Shown piece after piece: positions 1-8,800 of a stretch of DNA of 43,265 nt (positions are counted from its first letter, which is position 1; every line of letters begins with the position of its first letter). The notes under the pieces are model-generated. The model ran no database searches. It worked only from the letters and a program-made list of their open reading frames with translations, and was not told the origin of the DNA. The position numbers and the translations under genes are program-made. Origin of the DNA: Candidatus Micrarchaeota archaeon CG1_02_51_15 (GTDB lineage: Archaea > Micrarchaeota > Micrarchaeia > Norongarragalinales > UBA8480); the NCBI GenBank assembly GCA_001871495.1, contig MNVG01000017.1, positions 1-43,265 on the forward strand, given 5' to 3'.

Positions 1-147
1 ACTCGTACCGCTCGGCAATCTCTTCCAACACGCGCTTCAAAAACGAGATTCGCTCATCCGCAAAAAGCAGTTCTTACGATACTTAACACACAAAACCAAG
101 TGATACCCAATCTTATAGACGCAATGACTCGCACGCCCTAACTCCAC
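1..147 (-). mobile_element. tnpA: IS200/IS605-family Y1 transposase TnpA, 5' part, frameshifted, runs off the window
   Basis: Not in the ORF track. Manual translation from GTG at 147 gives (M)ELGRASHCVYKIGYHLVLCVKYRK; after a 1-nt shift near 70-73 it continues LLFADERISFLKRVLEEIAERYE. This is the typical H.VY...YH.V...KYR N-terminus of Y1 transposases. Confidence 0.88.
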
Positions 148-185
148 ACCCAAAATACGACGCAAAACATTACATCACTACCGCC

Positions 186-223
186 CTGCAGACCCCGCCC
201 CAAGGAGCGGGGTATTCTGCGGA
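186..223 (-). mobile_element. IS200/IS605 left-end subterminal hairpin
   Basis: ACCCCGC (192-198) / GCGGGGT (207-213) stem with outer CTGCAG / CTGCGG arms, ~40 nt upstream of tnpA; minus-strand TTAT at 227-224 is a candidate target tetranucleotide. Confidence 0.8.
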
Positions 224-450
224 ATAAAACGTGGCGCGAAACGAATTCCCGAGGCAACCTTACTCATTATCGCGAGCTTGATGCCAAGTGGCTCGGCAGC
301 ACCGCTTTTTGGGTATACGGAAACAAGTTTTGTATGATAATCCCGGGCGCGCCGCCTACGGCAGTAATAGTGGAAAGCAAAGCAGTTACAGAAAGTCAAC
401 GAAATCAGTTTGAGCTCCTATGGAAACAGGCGAGAGAAGTAAGACAATAA
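224..450 (+). pseudogene. 3' fragment of a TrmB-like transcriptional regulator, cut by the IS
   Basis: Not in the ORF track. Frame ending TAA at 448-450 reads KTWRETNSRGNLTHYRELDAKWLGSTAFWVYGNKFCMIIPGAPPTAVIVESKAVTESQRNQFELLWKQAREVRQ, matching the 'YG.K..ii...vivE...a...r..FELLW..A' C-terminal domain of DPANN TrmB-like proteins; no plausible start for this domain in the window. Confidence 0.7.
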
Positions 451-510
451 CCCGCCGGGCAATGCAACGCACGCGAAGCCCACGTTAGCCAACCGAATAG
501 CACGCAACGC

Positions 511-2463
511 TCACTGGAATTCTTTCTTGATTTGGTTGAGTAACGCGTTTTTCTTGGGTCCGGGTTTGAGCGCATAGGAAAGCACGTCGTGTAAGTTGCG
601 TGCGCGGATAATCTCTATTTTCTTGAGTTGTTCTTCGCTTAATGCCAAGTCTTCGTAGTTGGCGTAAGGTAGGATTATCTTCTTCATCCCTGCTTCTATT
701 GCCGCTTCTGCTTTGGAAGTCACGCCACCAACAGGCAGTACTTCGCCGCGTACGCTCAAAGAGCCGGTCATGGCAACGCTTTGGTCGACCTCTGCTTCTT
801 CGAGTGCGGAAATGACTGCAGTTGCAACCGAAACGCTGGCGCTGTCGCCTTCGACGCCTTCGTAAGTCTGGAGGAACTGCACGTGAATATCATACCTCGA
901 AATGTCTTTGCCTATGTGCTTCTTTATTATCGCGCTCACGTTCTCAACTGCCTCGCGCGCTATCTCGCCCAGTTTTCCTGTTGCGATTATCCTTCCCTCG
1001 TCTTTGGAAGCGCCAGGAGCGATTTCCGCGACAATCGGAAGGATTACCCCGCTGTCGCCCATTACGGCCAAGCCGTTGACGCGGCCCACCCTCGAGCCCT
1101 CGGAAATGAAAACCTCGTAGTCTTTCTTGACGTCCACCATTTGCTGCGTAGCCTGCTGCTCGAGAGTACGCGCAATCTTTAGCGCGGTTTCAACGTGCGC
1201 AAGAGTCACCAACTCGACGCCCTTCTCGCGGGCAACGTCGCCTGCAGTTCTGACTAAGCCACCGAGTTCCCGAAGCTTTAGAGTGAGCTTATTCTTGCGG
1301 CCGGCGCGTTTTCGAGCTTCGTTGATAATGCGTTCGACTGCAGCGCGGTCGAAAGCAGGAATCTTGCCGTCTTTCTTAATTTCTTGGGCAACAAACTGCG
1401 CTATCTTCAAACGATTTACCGACGTGTCTTCAATAGTCTCTTCCATATACACTTCGTAGCCATAGCCGCGGATTCTAGAGCGCAGTGCCGGATGCATGCG
1501 TTGAACGTCCTGGTAATTGCCTGCGGCAACGAGAACAAAATTACACGGAACAGGTTCAGTACGCACTTGAGCGCCTGAAGACATTTCACTCTGACCCGTA
1601 ATTTGGTACTTCTTCTCCTGCAAGGCAGTCAACAACTCCTGCTGCGCTTTGGGCCTTAGCGTCGACGCTTCGTCAATAAACAACACGCCCTGGTGCGCGC
1701 GATGAATCGCGCCTGCTTCCACGCGCAAGTAGGCCGGCGTGCCGAGGCCGCCTGACTGGAACGGATCGTGGCGCACGTCGCCAAGCAGTGCACCTGCGCG
1801 GCTTCCGGTTGCGTCTACAAAAGGCACTCTCTTCTTGCCCGTGTTGTCGACTAGTAATTTCATTCCCTCTATTTCCTGGCTCATTCCGGGCAGCGCCATC
1901 TTCCTGCCGACCTGCGAGGCAAAAGCGAGTGCGGCAACCATGAAGAACATTCCAATGAGCATGGCGGCAGTGATTACGTCGCCGAACTCTTTTCGGCCGT
2001 AGAACAACAGAAAGAACGAGCACACGAAAACCAATGCAAGCATGATTATGTTCATGTTGCCTCCACCCAAACCCGATTTGGCACGCGCAGCGTCAATCAT
2101 CTTGCGGCCTTCGCCTGCTTTGACTATCTTGACTTTAGGCATGTTGTCGTCGGCAGGGTTCTGGGTGACTAGAATGTCTTCCAATTGCGAAACAGGCATC
2201 AGTTCAGCCATTGCCTGTGCAAGCATTGACTTGCCGGTTCCGGGAGTGCCCACTAATAATACGTTGCGTTTTTGCTTGGCTGCCTTCTTGATTATCTCCA
2301 CTCCCTTTTCCTGGCCTATTATCTGGCCTGCCAAGTGGTCGGAAACGGGAATGTCGGCAGTCGACTTGTAGTCATTCCACGCAGGCTCTGGCGACTGGTG
2401 AGCCGAAGAAGAAACTAAGGGCGTAGCTGCTACGGAAAACTTTTTGCGAATTCGAACAACCAT
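511..2463 (-). CDS. lonB: Archaeal ATP-dependent protease LonB (membrane-anchored)
   Basis: Walker A GTPGTGKS, two TM helices within the AAA domain, Walker [18 protein letters not shown], catalytic GDSAS and GGVTSK. Start taken at ATG 2463 (MVVRIRKK). No intein. Confidence 0.97.
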   Translation of the reverse strand: MVVRIRKKFSVAATPLVSSSAHQSPEPAWNDYKSTADIPVSDHLAGQIIGQEKGVEIIKKAAKQKRNVLLVGTPGTGKSMLAQAMAELMPVSQLEDILVTQNPADDNMPKVKIVKAGEGRKMIDAARAKSGLGGGNMNIIMLALVFVCSFFLLFYGRKEFGDVITAAMLIGMFFMVAALAFASQVGRKMALPGMSQEIEGMKLLVDNTGKKRVPFVDATGSRAGALLGDVRHDPFQSGGLGTPAYLRVEAGAIHRAHQGVLFIDEASTLRPKAQQELLTALQEKKYQITGQSEMSSGAQVRTEPVPCNFVLVAAGNYQDVQRMHPALRSRIRGYGYEVYMEETIEDTSVNRLKIAQFVAQEIKKDGKIPAFDRAAVERIINEARKRAGRKNKLTLKLRELGGLVRTAGDVAREKGVELVTLAHVETALKIARTLEQQATQQMVDVKKDYEVFISEGSRVGRVNGLAVMGDSGVILPIVAEIAPGASKDEGRIIATGKLGEIAREAVENVSAIIKKHIGKDISRYDIHVQFLQTYEGVEGDSASVSVATAVISALEEAEVDQSVAMTGSLSVRGEVLPVGGVTSKAEAAIEAGMKKIILPYANYEDLALSEEQLKKIEIIRARNLHDVLSYALKPGPKKNALLNQIKKEFQ

Positions 2464-2574
2464 TGCAAGCTTATTTAACCAACCGCTTGGTTTTAACCCT
2501 TGCGAAACGCGGGTTTTTATTGCGGGCAACACCCGATATAATCACGGCAATTTCGGCCGAAAGGTAACCTCAAA

Positions 2575-3486
2575 ATGATTAGAATAGTGGTGCTGGGAAC
2601 AAGCGCTTCCATGCCTTCCAAGGACAGGACTCCCTCGTGCTTTGCAGTAAAGTACGACGGCGTGTTCCTCTTCGACTGCTGCGAGGGAGTGCAGAAGCAG
2701 ATGATGAAGCACGGCGTCAGCTTCGCGCAGGTAAAATGCGTTTTCTTAAGCCACTTGCACGCCGACCACTTCCTCGGCCTTCCGGGCCTAGTGCAAAGCA
2801 TGAACTTTTCCGGGCGCAAGGAACCCCTCTACGTTTTCGGGCCCGCCGGCACGCAAAAATTGTTCGAAACCGTTTTTGCCGCCAAAGAACTGCGGCCGCA
2901 CTTTACCCTCCGCGCGTTTGACGTGGGCGAGTCCGACAAGCCGGTCTTCGACTCGCGGCTCTTCTCGGTAAAGGCATTTGAAGTCGAACACTCATGCACC
3001 GCGCTCGGCTACTCGCTGGAGGAAAAACCTTTCCGTAAGTTCGACTTGGAAAAAGCCAATGCACACTGCGTGCCCCGCTCGCGATTCAGCGAAATCCAAG
3101 CCAAGAACAGCCTGAAAATAAAAAACGAGAAGACCGGCCGCACTAAAACGGTTAAACTAGATCAAATTACTTTTGTCAAGCCCGGCAAAAAAATAGTCTA
3201 CTCTGGCGACACCCGGCCCTGCAAAAACCTGCTTAAAGAAGCACAAGACGCCGACCTCATAATCCACGACGCGTGCTTCTCGCAAGAACACCAGCAAATG
3301 GCAGTCGACAAAAAACACTCGACTGCAGGCGAAGCAGCCGAAATCGCCAAAAACGCAGGCGCCAAAAAACTGTTGATAACCCACTTTAGCAACCGCTACG
3401 ACGACATCACCCCCCTGCTAAGAGAAGCACAATCCGTATTCCCCGAAACAACCGCTGCCGAAGAAGGGATGGCAATAATGGTGTAA
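2575..3486 (+). CDS. rnz: Ribonuclease Z
   Basis: LGTSASMP, FDCCEG, SHLHADH metallo-beta-lactamase motif, YSGDT, KHST, THFSNRY. Confidence 0.96.
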   Translation: MIRIVVLGTSASMPSKDRTPSCFAVKYDGVFLFDCCEGVQKQMMKHGVSFAQVKCVFLSHLHADHFLGLPGLVQSMNFSGRKEPLYVFGPAGTQKLFETVFAAKELRPHFTLRAFDVGESDKPVFDSRLFSVKAFEVEHSCTALGYSLEEKPFRKFDLEKANAHCVPRSRFSEIQAKNSLKIKNEKTGRTKTVKLDQITFVKPGKKIVYSGDTRPCKNLLKEAQDADLIIHDACFSQEHQQMAVDKKHSTAGEAAEIAKNAGAKKLLITHFSNRYDDITPLLREAQSVFPETTAAEEGMAIMV

Positions 3487-3493
3487 ACACCAA

Positions 3494-4135
3494 ATGAGCA
3501 ACGAATCCCGTGAAGAAACTTCCCACGCCCATGAAATAACTCTTTCCGACGACCCTTTTACAAAAAACTTTCTCAAAAACTACGGAATAAACACGACAAT
3601 CTGGTTCTTCCCCGGCCTAATAATGCACGAAGCAGCCCACGCACTCGCCGGAATACTCTCAGGCGGCCGCCTAACTGCCGCAACATGGTGGAGCAAACAC
3701 GGTGGATTCGTCTCGCTAACCAACGTAAGCTGGGCAACCGGCGCACTCGTCTCACTCGCCCCCCTACTGCTCGCGCCAACAGCAATACTGTTATTCCAAC
3801 AAGGGTTTTCAAGCCTGAATACAACCGCAAAAGAAGGCATCCTGTTACCAGTACTGTTCCTATGGCTCGCAGTCTCGCTCGCAATATTCTCGATTCCAAG
3901 CGTGCCCGACCTCAAGAATTGCATTCACCGCAGCCGCAAAGCCAGGCAGTTCACCACCCGCACGCCTACAATACTATTCTCACCGTTAATCAAAACACTG
4001 GTTTTTTACATTCCAATGATAATCTCCGAAATAACGGCAGTCGGACTACTTCTGACCTTCCGATGGAGCAGCACCATGCGCTTCGCTTGGATGGCCGTCT
4101 TATGCCTCGCAACCCTTAATTACTTTCCCACGTAA
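3494..4135 (+). CDS. Putative membrane zinc metallopeptidase (M50-like)
   Basis: MHEAAH (HExxH), GGFV, SLAPLL and PS..D motifs; several hydrophobic helices. Confidence 0.65.
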   Translation: MSNESREETSHAHEITLSDDPFTKNFLKNYGINTTIWFFPGLIMHEAAHALAGILSGGRLTAATWWSKHGGFVSLTNVSWATGALVSLAPLLLAPTAILLFQQGFSSLNTTAKEGILLPVLFLWLAVSLAIFSIPSVPDLKNCIHRSRKARQFTTRTPTILFSPLIKTLVFYIPMIISEITAVGLLLTFRWSSTMRFAWMAVLCLATLNYFPT

Positions 4136-4150
4136 AAAAATAAACAACCG

Positions 4151-4648
4151 GTGAACACAATGGAACTCACGGAAAACAATTACATCATACTAATAGCAAT
4201 AGGCGCAGCAGCAGTCGCATTCCTCGGAATAACCCTGCTAAACGCGCACGCACCAAAACCCTTTGAAGAAATAAACGGAGTCAAAGTCTACGGCGGAATG
4301 CCCGCAATAAGCGCCGCCTTCTCGGCCCAAAAACTCGCGGTACAAGTAATGCTCGAAGAAGACAAGCCCATTCCCTGCATGTCAAAGACATGGATAGAAT
4401 CAGCCAGCGCGCTGGGCAGCACAGGCAAGGATATCACAAACCACGTCAACATCAACGGCTCCTGCCTCGGAGAAAACAAAACCGCGGAAACCTGTCCAAC
4501 AGCCAACCTGGTTCTCAAAGAAGGCAACTGCAACTGCATCCGCACGAACGCAAGCCAAGTCGAAATAAACGGCGACGACTCATTCTACTGCAACAACCAA
4601 ACCGCGGTGCGAATAAGGCAAATAATCCAAACCGCGCTAAGAACCTAG
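4151..4648 (+). CDS. Hypothetical N-terminally anchored Cys-containing surface protein
   Basis: One N-terminal TM helix, six Cys, N-x-S/T sequons; start may be ATG 4160. Confidence 0.7.
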   Translation: MNTMELTENNYIILIAIGAAAVAFLGITLLNAHAPKPFEEINGVKVYGGMPAISAAFSAQKLAVQVMLEEDKPIPCMSKTWIESASALGSTGKDITNHVNINGSCLGENKTAETCPTANLVLKEGNCNCIRTNASQVEINGDDSFYCNNQTAVRIRQIIQTALRT

Positions 4649-4756
4649 TGCCTTAACCTACAACCCACGCGAACCCCGTTTGAAACCCTGAAAACCGATT
4701 CGCTGCACTGAACCATCTGACTAAAGCCCGAATTCAAACCACGCCCGAACCTAACT

Positions 4757-5533
4757 TCAAACAGTCTTATTAATCCTGAACAAGTAGAACATCAGGCCAG
4801 CCGCGAGAACGGCGAACGCCGACACCAAACCCACGAGGAAACTATCCCACTCGAACGCAGATGACGGAGCCAACCCAATTGCCGGCGCAACCTTGGAGTA
4901 AGGCGTCTTTTGTAAACTCAACGTAACAAACGAAGCGTCTTTAGTAGACGACGACAACCCGCCCACGTCAGTACAACTCACGCGATAATGATACAACATT
5001 GACGCACTCAAACCCGCAACGTCCACCCAGTGCGTCCTGAAAAAACCCGCCAAATCAACCCGACTGCCGTACGCAGTCGTCCTCCCGTACTCCAAAAAAC
5101 ACTTTGCCGACTCGTCAGCAGCCCACCGCAACGTCGCACCCGTCTTGGAAACCGAAGGAGTCAACAAAGTGATAACCGGCGGCCGGTTATCCACTCCGGT
5201 TACTGAAACCGAGTCTTCGCACAAGTCGAAGAAAGTCATAAAATCACAATCCAAGCCCCAGTAATAACGCACGGACGGCACGTGAACGCCTTCAGCGTAC
5301 ATGCAGTAAAAAAACGTGGACGAAGGCGCTTGAGGCGCCGAAACCGCGTCGCCAACGTCACAGAAGTAAACCCAGTAACACGGCGAGGCTGAAGAAGAAA
5401 CATTAATCCTGACCGGCGAACCGGCGGACGCCGAAGAAGGCGCCGAAACCGAACACGCCGCTGCTGCAAACGAAGCCACCACTAAAGCAAACAACGCCAA
5501 CGCAGGCAAAAAACCAACTACCCTCAACCCCAA
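4757..5533 (-). CDS. Surface protein: signal peptide, Cys-rich domain, fibronectin type III-like domain, C-terminal TM
   Basis: Hydrophobic N-terminus; ATLRW..DE...LEYG.T..YG...H.V...GL....YHYRV FN3 pattern; C-terminal hydrophobic helix. Confidence 0.8.
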   Translation of the reverse strand: MGLRVVGFLPALALFALVVASFAAAACSVSAPSSASAGSPVRINVSSSASPCYWVYFCDVGDAVSAPQAPSSTFFYCMYAEGVHVPSVRYYWGLDCDFMTFFDLCEDSVSVTGVDNRPPVITLLTPSVSKTGATLRWAADESAKCFLEYGRTTAYGSRVDLAGFFRTHWVDVAGLSASMLYHYRVSCTDVGGLSSSTKDASFVTLSLQKTPYSKVAPAIGLAPSSAFEWDSFLVGLVSAFAVLAAGLMFYLFRINKTV

Positions 5534-5708
5534 ACACCTTCTAAAACAAGTAGAACTAATGAAACCAAAAAACTAATAAGGGGACTGCCGCGGACGATTG
5601 TGAGAGGGTTCGGCCTACCCTTTTAACCATTGCCAATAGCCTCGTGCAGGAGCCTAAAGTTAGTAATTTCAAGCCCGGAGAATGAGACTAGCGTTGGCGA
5701 GTCTTGAT

Positions 5709-5867
5709 CTAAGCTTCTACACTCTCCCACCTGCAGATTCCTTCAGAGTCTTCTGCCGCAACCATTCCTGGCACGCCTAGGTCAACCCAAGGACTAAAAC
5801 AGCCATACTCGCACGCCGGCCGGTTTTTACGCCCGCACCCGCTGCCGCCCGCACTGCTTTCACTGTA
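5709..5867 (-). pseudogene. Probable decayed extra Cys-rich repeat, in frame beyond the stop of the giant surface protein
   Basis: In-frame reading after TAA 5870-5868: YSESSAGGSGCGRKNRPACEYGCFSPWVDLGVPGMVAAEDSEGICRWESVEA*, which parallels the last coded repeat SCGKRGDTPC...GCCNPLAEL...EPSGTCQWRCAEG. Confidence 0.6.
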
Positions 5868-8800
5868 TTAATCTCCGGAAACACACGCACTCGGAGCCTT
5901 TTCCGGATCCCGGTCGCCGTTGATTGAAAAGCCTTCGGCACAACGCCACTGGCAAGTTCCACTGGGCTCGTTAACGTAGGCAACGCCGTTTGGATATAGT
6001 TCAGCTAGCGGGTTACAACACCCGTCAGTGTCTCCAACCGGACAGTCTGCAGGCGAGCCGGAACAGGGCGTATCTCCGCGTTTGCCGCAGGAAGCGCTTT
6101 CGGGACTGCAGAAATTATTATTGCAGAATAATCCATTCAGGCAGTATTTTTCTTCTCCCGAAGACTGACAGCAGGGCTGGCCGTCATTTCCGCAACCGCC
6201 TTCGCAGACCGACGACCCTTCGCGATTAGTGTAAATGCATTCCCCTTGGAGCTTGAACAAGTCGCACCTGCCTTGAACATTTATAGTTTGGGTGCGACGC
6301 CCGGTCCACTCCGAGCCGGTTTCGCATAATTCGTTACGGCCGTACACCCCATGCATTTCCCCTCCTTTCAGAACAGTACCTGCTTTGAAAAAGAGAGTCT
6401 TATCCTGAAAAACGGTTGGAATTTCGAGGGTTACACGGTTGTTCGGACTTACCAACGAAAACGCTCCTTCCAACCCCCAGTCCGCCATTATTTGGTCTGC
6501 GAACTCTTGTTTGCACTTCTGTCCATCAATATAATGAATAGTGGCGGACGGGCAAATGAATGTAGTGTTGAAATAACCGGTGAACGGGTTTATCCAGTCA
6601 TAAACTTGGAAGCTTAGGAAGTCGCTTACGCAAAGCCATTCACAGTTTTCGGTAGCAATTACCCCGCGCTTCCAGTAACGGAACAGCATGCACGTTGGCT
6701 GATGCAAGAAATACATGTCTAGAATAGGCAACGGCATTTGAGTAGCCTGCCCGAAATTCTCGCCAGAATACCATGACGGTGACGATGCTTCGTCGTAGAA
6801 ATATTTCGCGGCATAAGTCAATTCATTACCGTAACTGCCGCTGCTTGGAAAACCGAAGCGTTCGGCTTCGCGGCTGTTTACACGTTCCGCGCCCCGATTG
6901 CCGTTATAAATTAGAGAACTCAGACTAACTCCAGGCAAATCTTTTACCAAGGAGTCGCGCGCGCATTGCACTTCATCTACTCTGAGCGACGTGCGCGGCA
7001 CGGCGAGTGGCTTGGGCAGTACGCATCCGCCTCCACAAGTCCAGTAACCTGTTCCGCAAAGAGTTACGTTTGTTCCAGCCGAAGCCACCGGAGCCGCATC
7101 TCCCGAAGCAGCTGCTTCAGGCAACTCGCCAGAAGCAGGTGCTATTACAGAAGGCGTTCGCGCGAACCCACATTTGGACTCAGGGCTTTGATGATATTGA
7201 GACGCGGAAAGGGATACGACTTGCGCACGCGTATCCCAAGCAGGCAGTTCGGCTTGCCACGTGTTTTCGCGCGGCGCCATGTTCTTTATGAAAACACCGC
7301 GGTTGCGTTGCGCTTCGCAGGCACTTGCCTCCGCATAGTTAGTTACATAATCCGAGGCGCTATCCGTCGAAGCAACACTTGTCGAACCCCAGTAGTAACG
7401 AATTTGCCTTGAAGACGAAGCAGTGAATGCAGAAAACGGAAATCCTCTTGCAGCCGCCGAAGCCAACGCATTGTGTTCACTCCTGCGGAAAACCGTTTTC
7501 TCCAGAATTTCGCGTACTTGCCGACGGTTTAAATCAATTGACATTCCTTCGATGTTAACGTAAGAAGAGGCGAGCAAAAGTTTTTGCTGTGCATTTTCGT
7601 TTGCTACGTAAGCATACGCCCCCGTATTTGTCAGTTTGTCGGTCAAGCTTTGAAGGTAAAGGTTGGGTTCGGTTCCGAACGCCAAATGAGGATATTCAAT
7701 CGAACCCCACTGTCGGTTGTTAACTATAACGTAGACTAACGGGGCAATGAACTCGCAACCTGCAGGCGCGTAACCCAAGTCCTTCATATTCGACTTGTAT
7801 ACCGCGGGCACGTCTCCGGCCGGCCGGTTGTCCCACGCGGTTATTTGCGCCGGGTTTTTCTTTACTTGGAGTTTGAATGACGTGGAGGTTACTCCGAGGC
7901 AGGGGATGTTGAAGCGTATTATTCCGCCGTCAGTGGAGCTGGAGCGGGGGTATTCGGTTACTTGGTTGGGGCTGATGTTGTATAGTGCGCAGGAGCCGAA
8001 TGGGTTGGGGTTGCTGGCGTCGTATTTCAAGAGTTTTTTGGTGTTGTCGTAATTGAAGCAGCCGCGGGTTTCTTGGCCGATGGGTTCGGTTGTGAGCATT
8101 AGTTCGGTGTCGCGGCAGTTTATTGGAAGCGAGTCATAGTCGAGTTCGAGGTACACTGCGTCAGCAGGCATTATGGGGTCGGTGAACAGGAGTATGGTGT
8201 CGTCGTCCACGCCGTTTGCAGAGTGGCTCCATTCTCCGCTGACTTCGGTTGGGAGCACGAGTTGGCCTTCGGGGTTTTTGACTTTCAGTGAAAGCATTTG
8301 CTCTTCCTCATCGTAGCTGATATAGTAAGTGTTGGATGAGATTGACAGCGCGGGCGTGTAGAGGAGGATGTAAGACTGGAGTTGCGGCATTTTCGAGCTG
8401 TAGTCGTAAAGCAAGTCTGCTAAGCCGGTTCCTTGTACCCACGCAAGCAACGCAGGGGCGTTGTAACGTCCTTGGTTGAGTTGGCGGGTGGAAACGTTTA
8501 CGGTTCGTTGGTTGCGGGTGTTGGGGTCTGTCGGGTCCAAGCGCAGTTTGTCTTCTTGAACAGTTAATTTGATTCCTGTTGGTTCGTCTGGGCTTGAAGG
8601 GTTGAAGTCAGTTATAGTGTATCTGATGTTGAGGGGGTTTTCAGAGCCTAGTTGTGCTGCGTAGCCGTCTCCTCCTTGCGGTGCTCCTCCTTCTTGCGAG
8701 TAAGAAATGTCGATGCAGGCTTGAACTCCGCAGTTGAACTTGTGCGAGCGCGGCGCGGGGTCGGTTACGGTGAGGGTGATGTTGTAGGAGTCGTGCTTGC

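Noticed and set aside
3480-4153. Direct repeat around the M50-like gene (taaacacc / taaacaacc)
   Set aside because: Too short and A/C-rich in a strongly A/C-biased region.
5575-5867. Possible RNase P RNA, SRP RNA or DGR template repeat in the long gap
   Set aside because: No RNase P (GAGGAAAGUCC-like) or SRP helix-8 motif on either strand; similarity to the upstream gene is only at protein level, not adenine-specific, and no reverse transcriptase is present.
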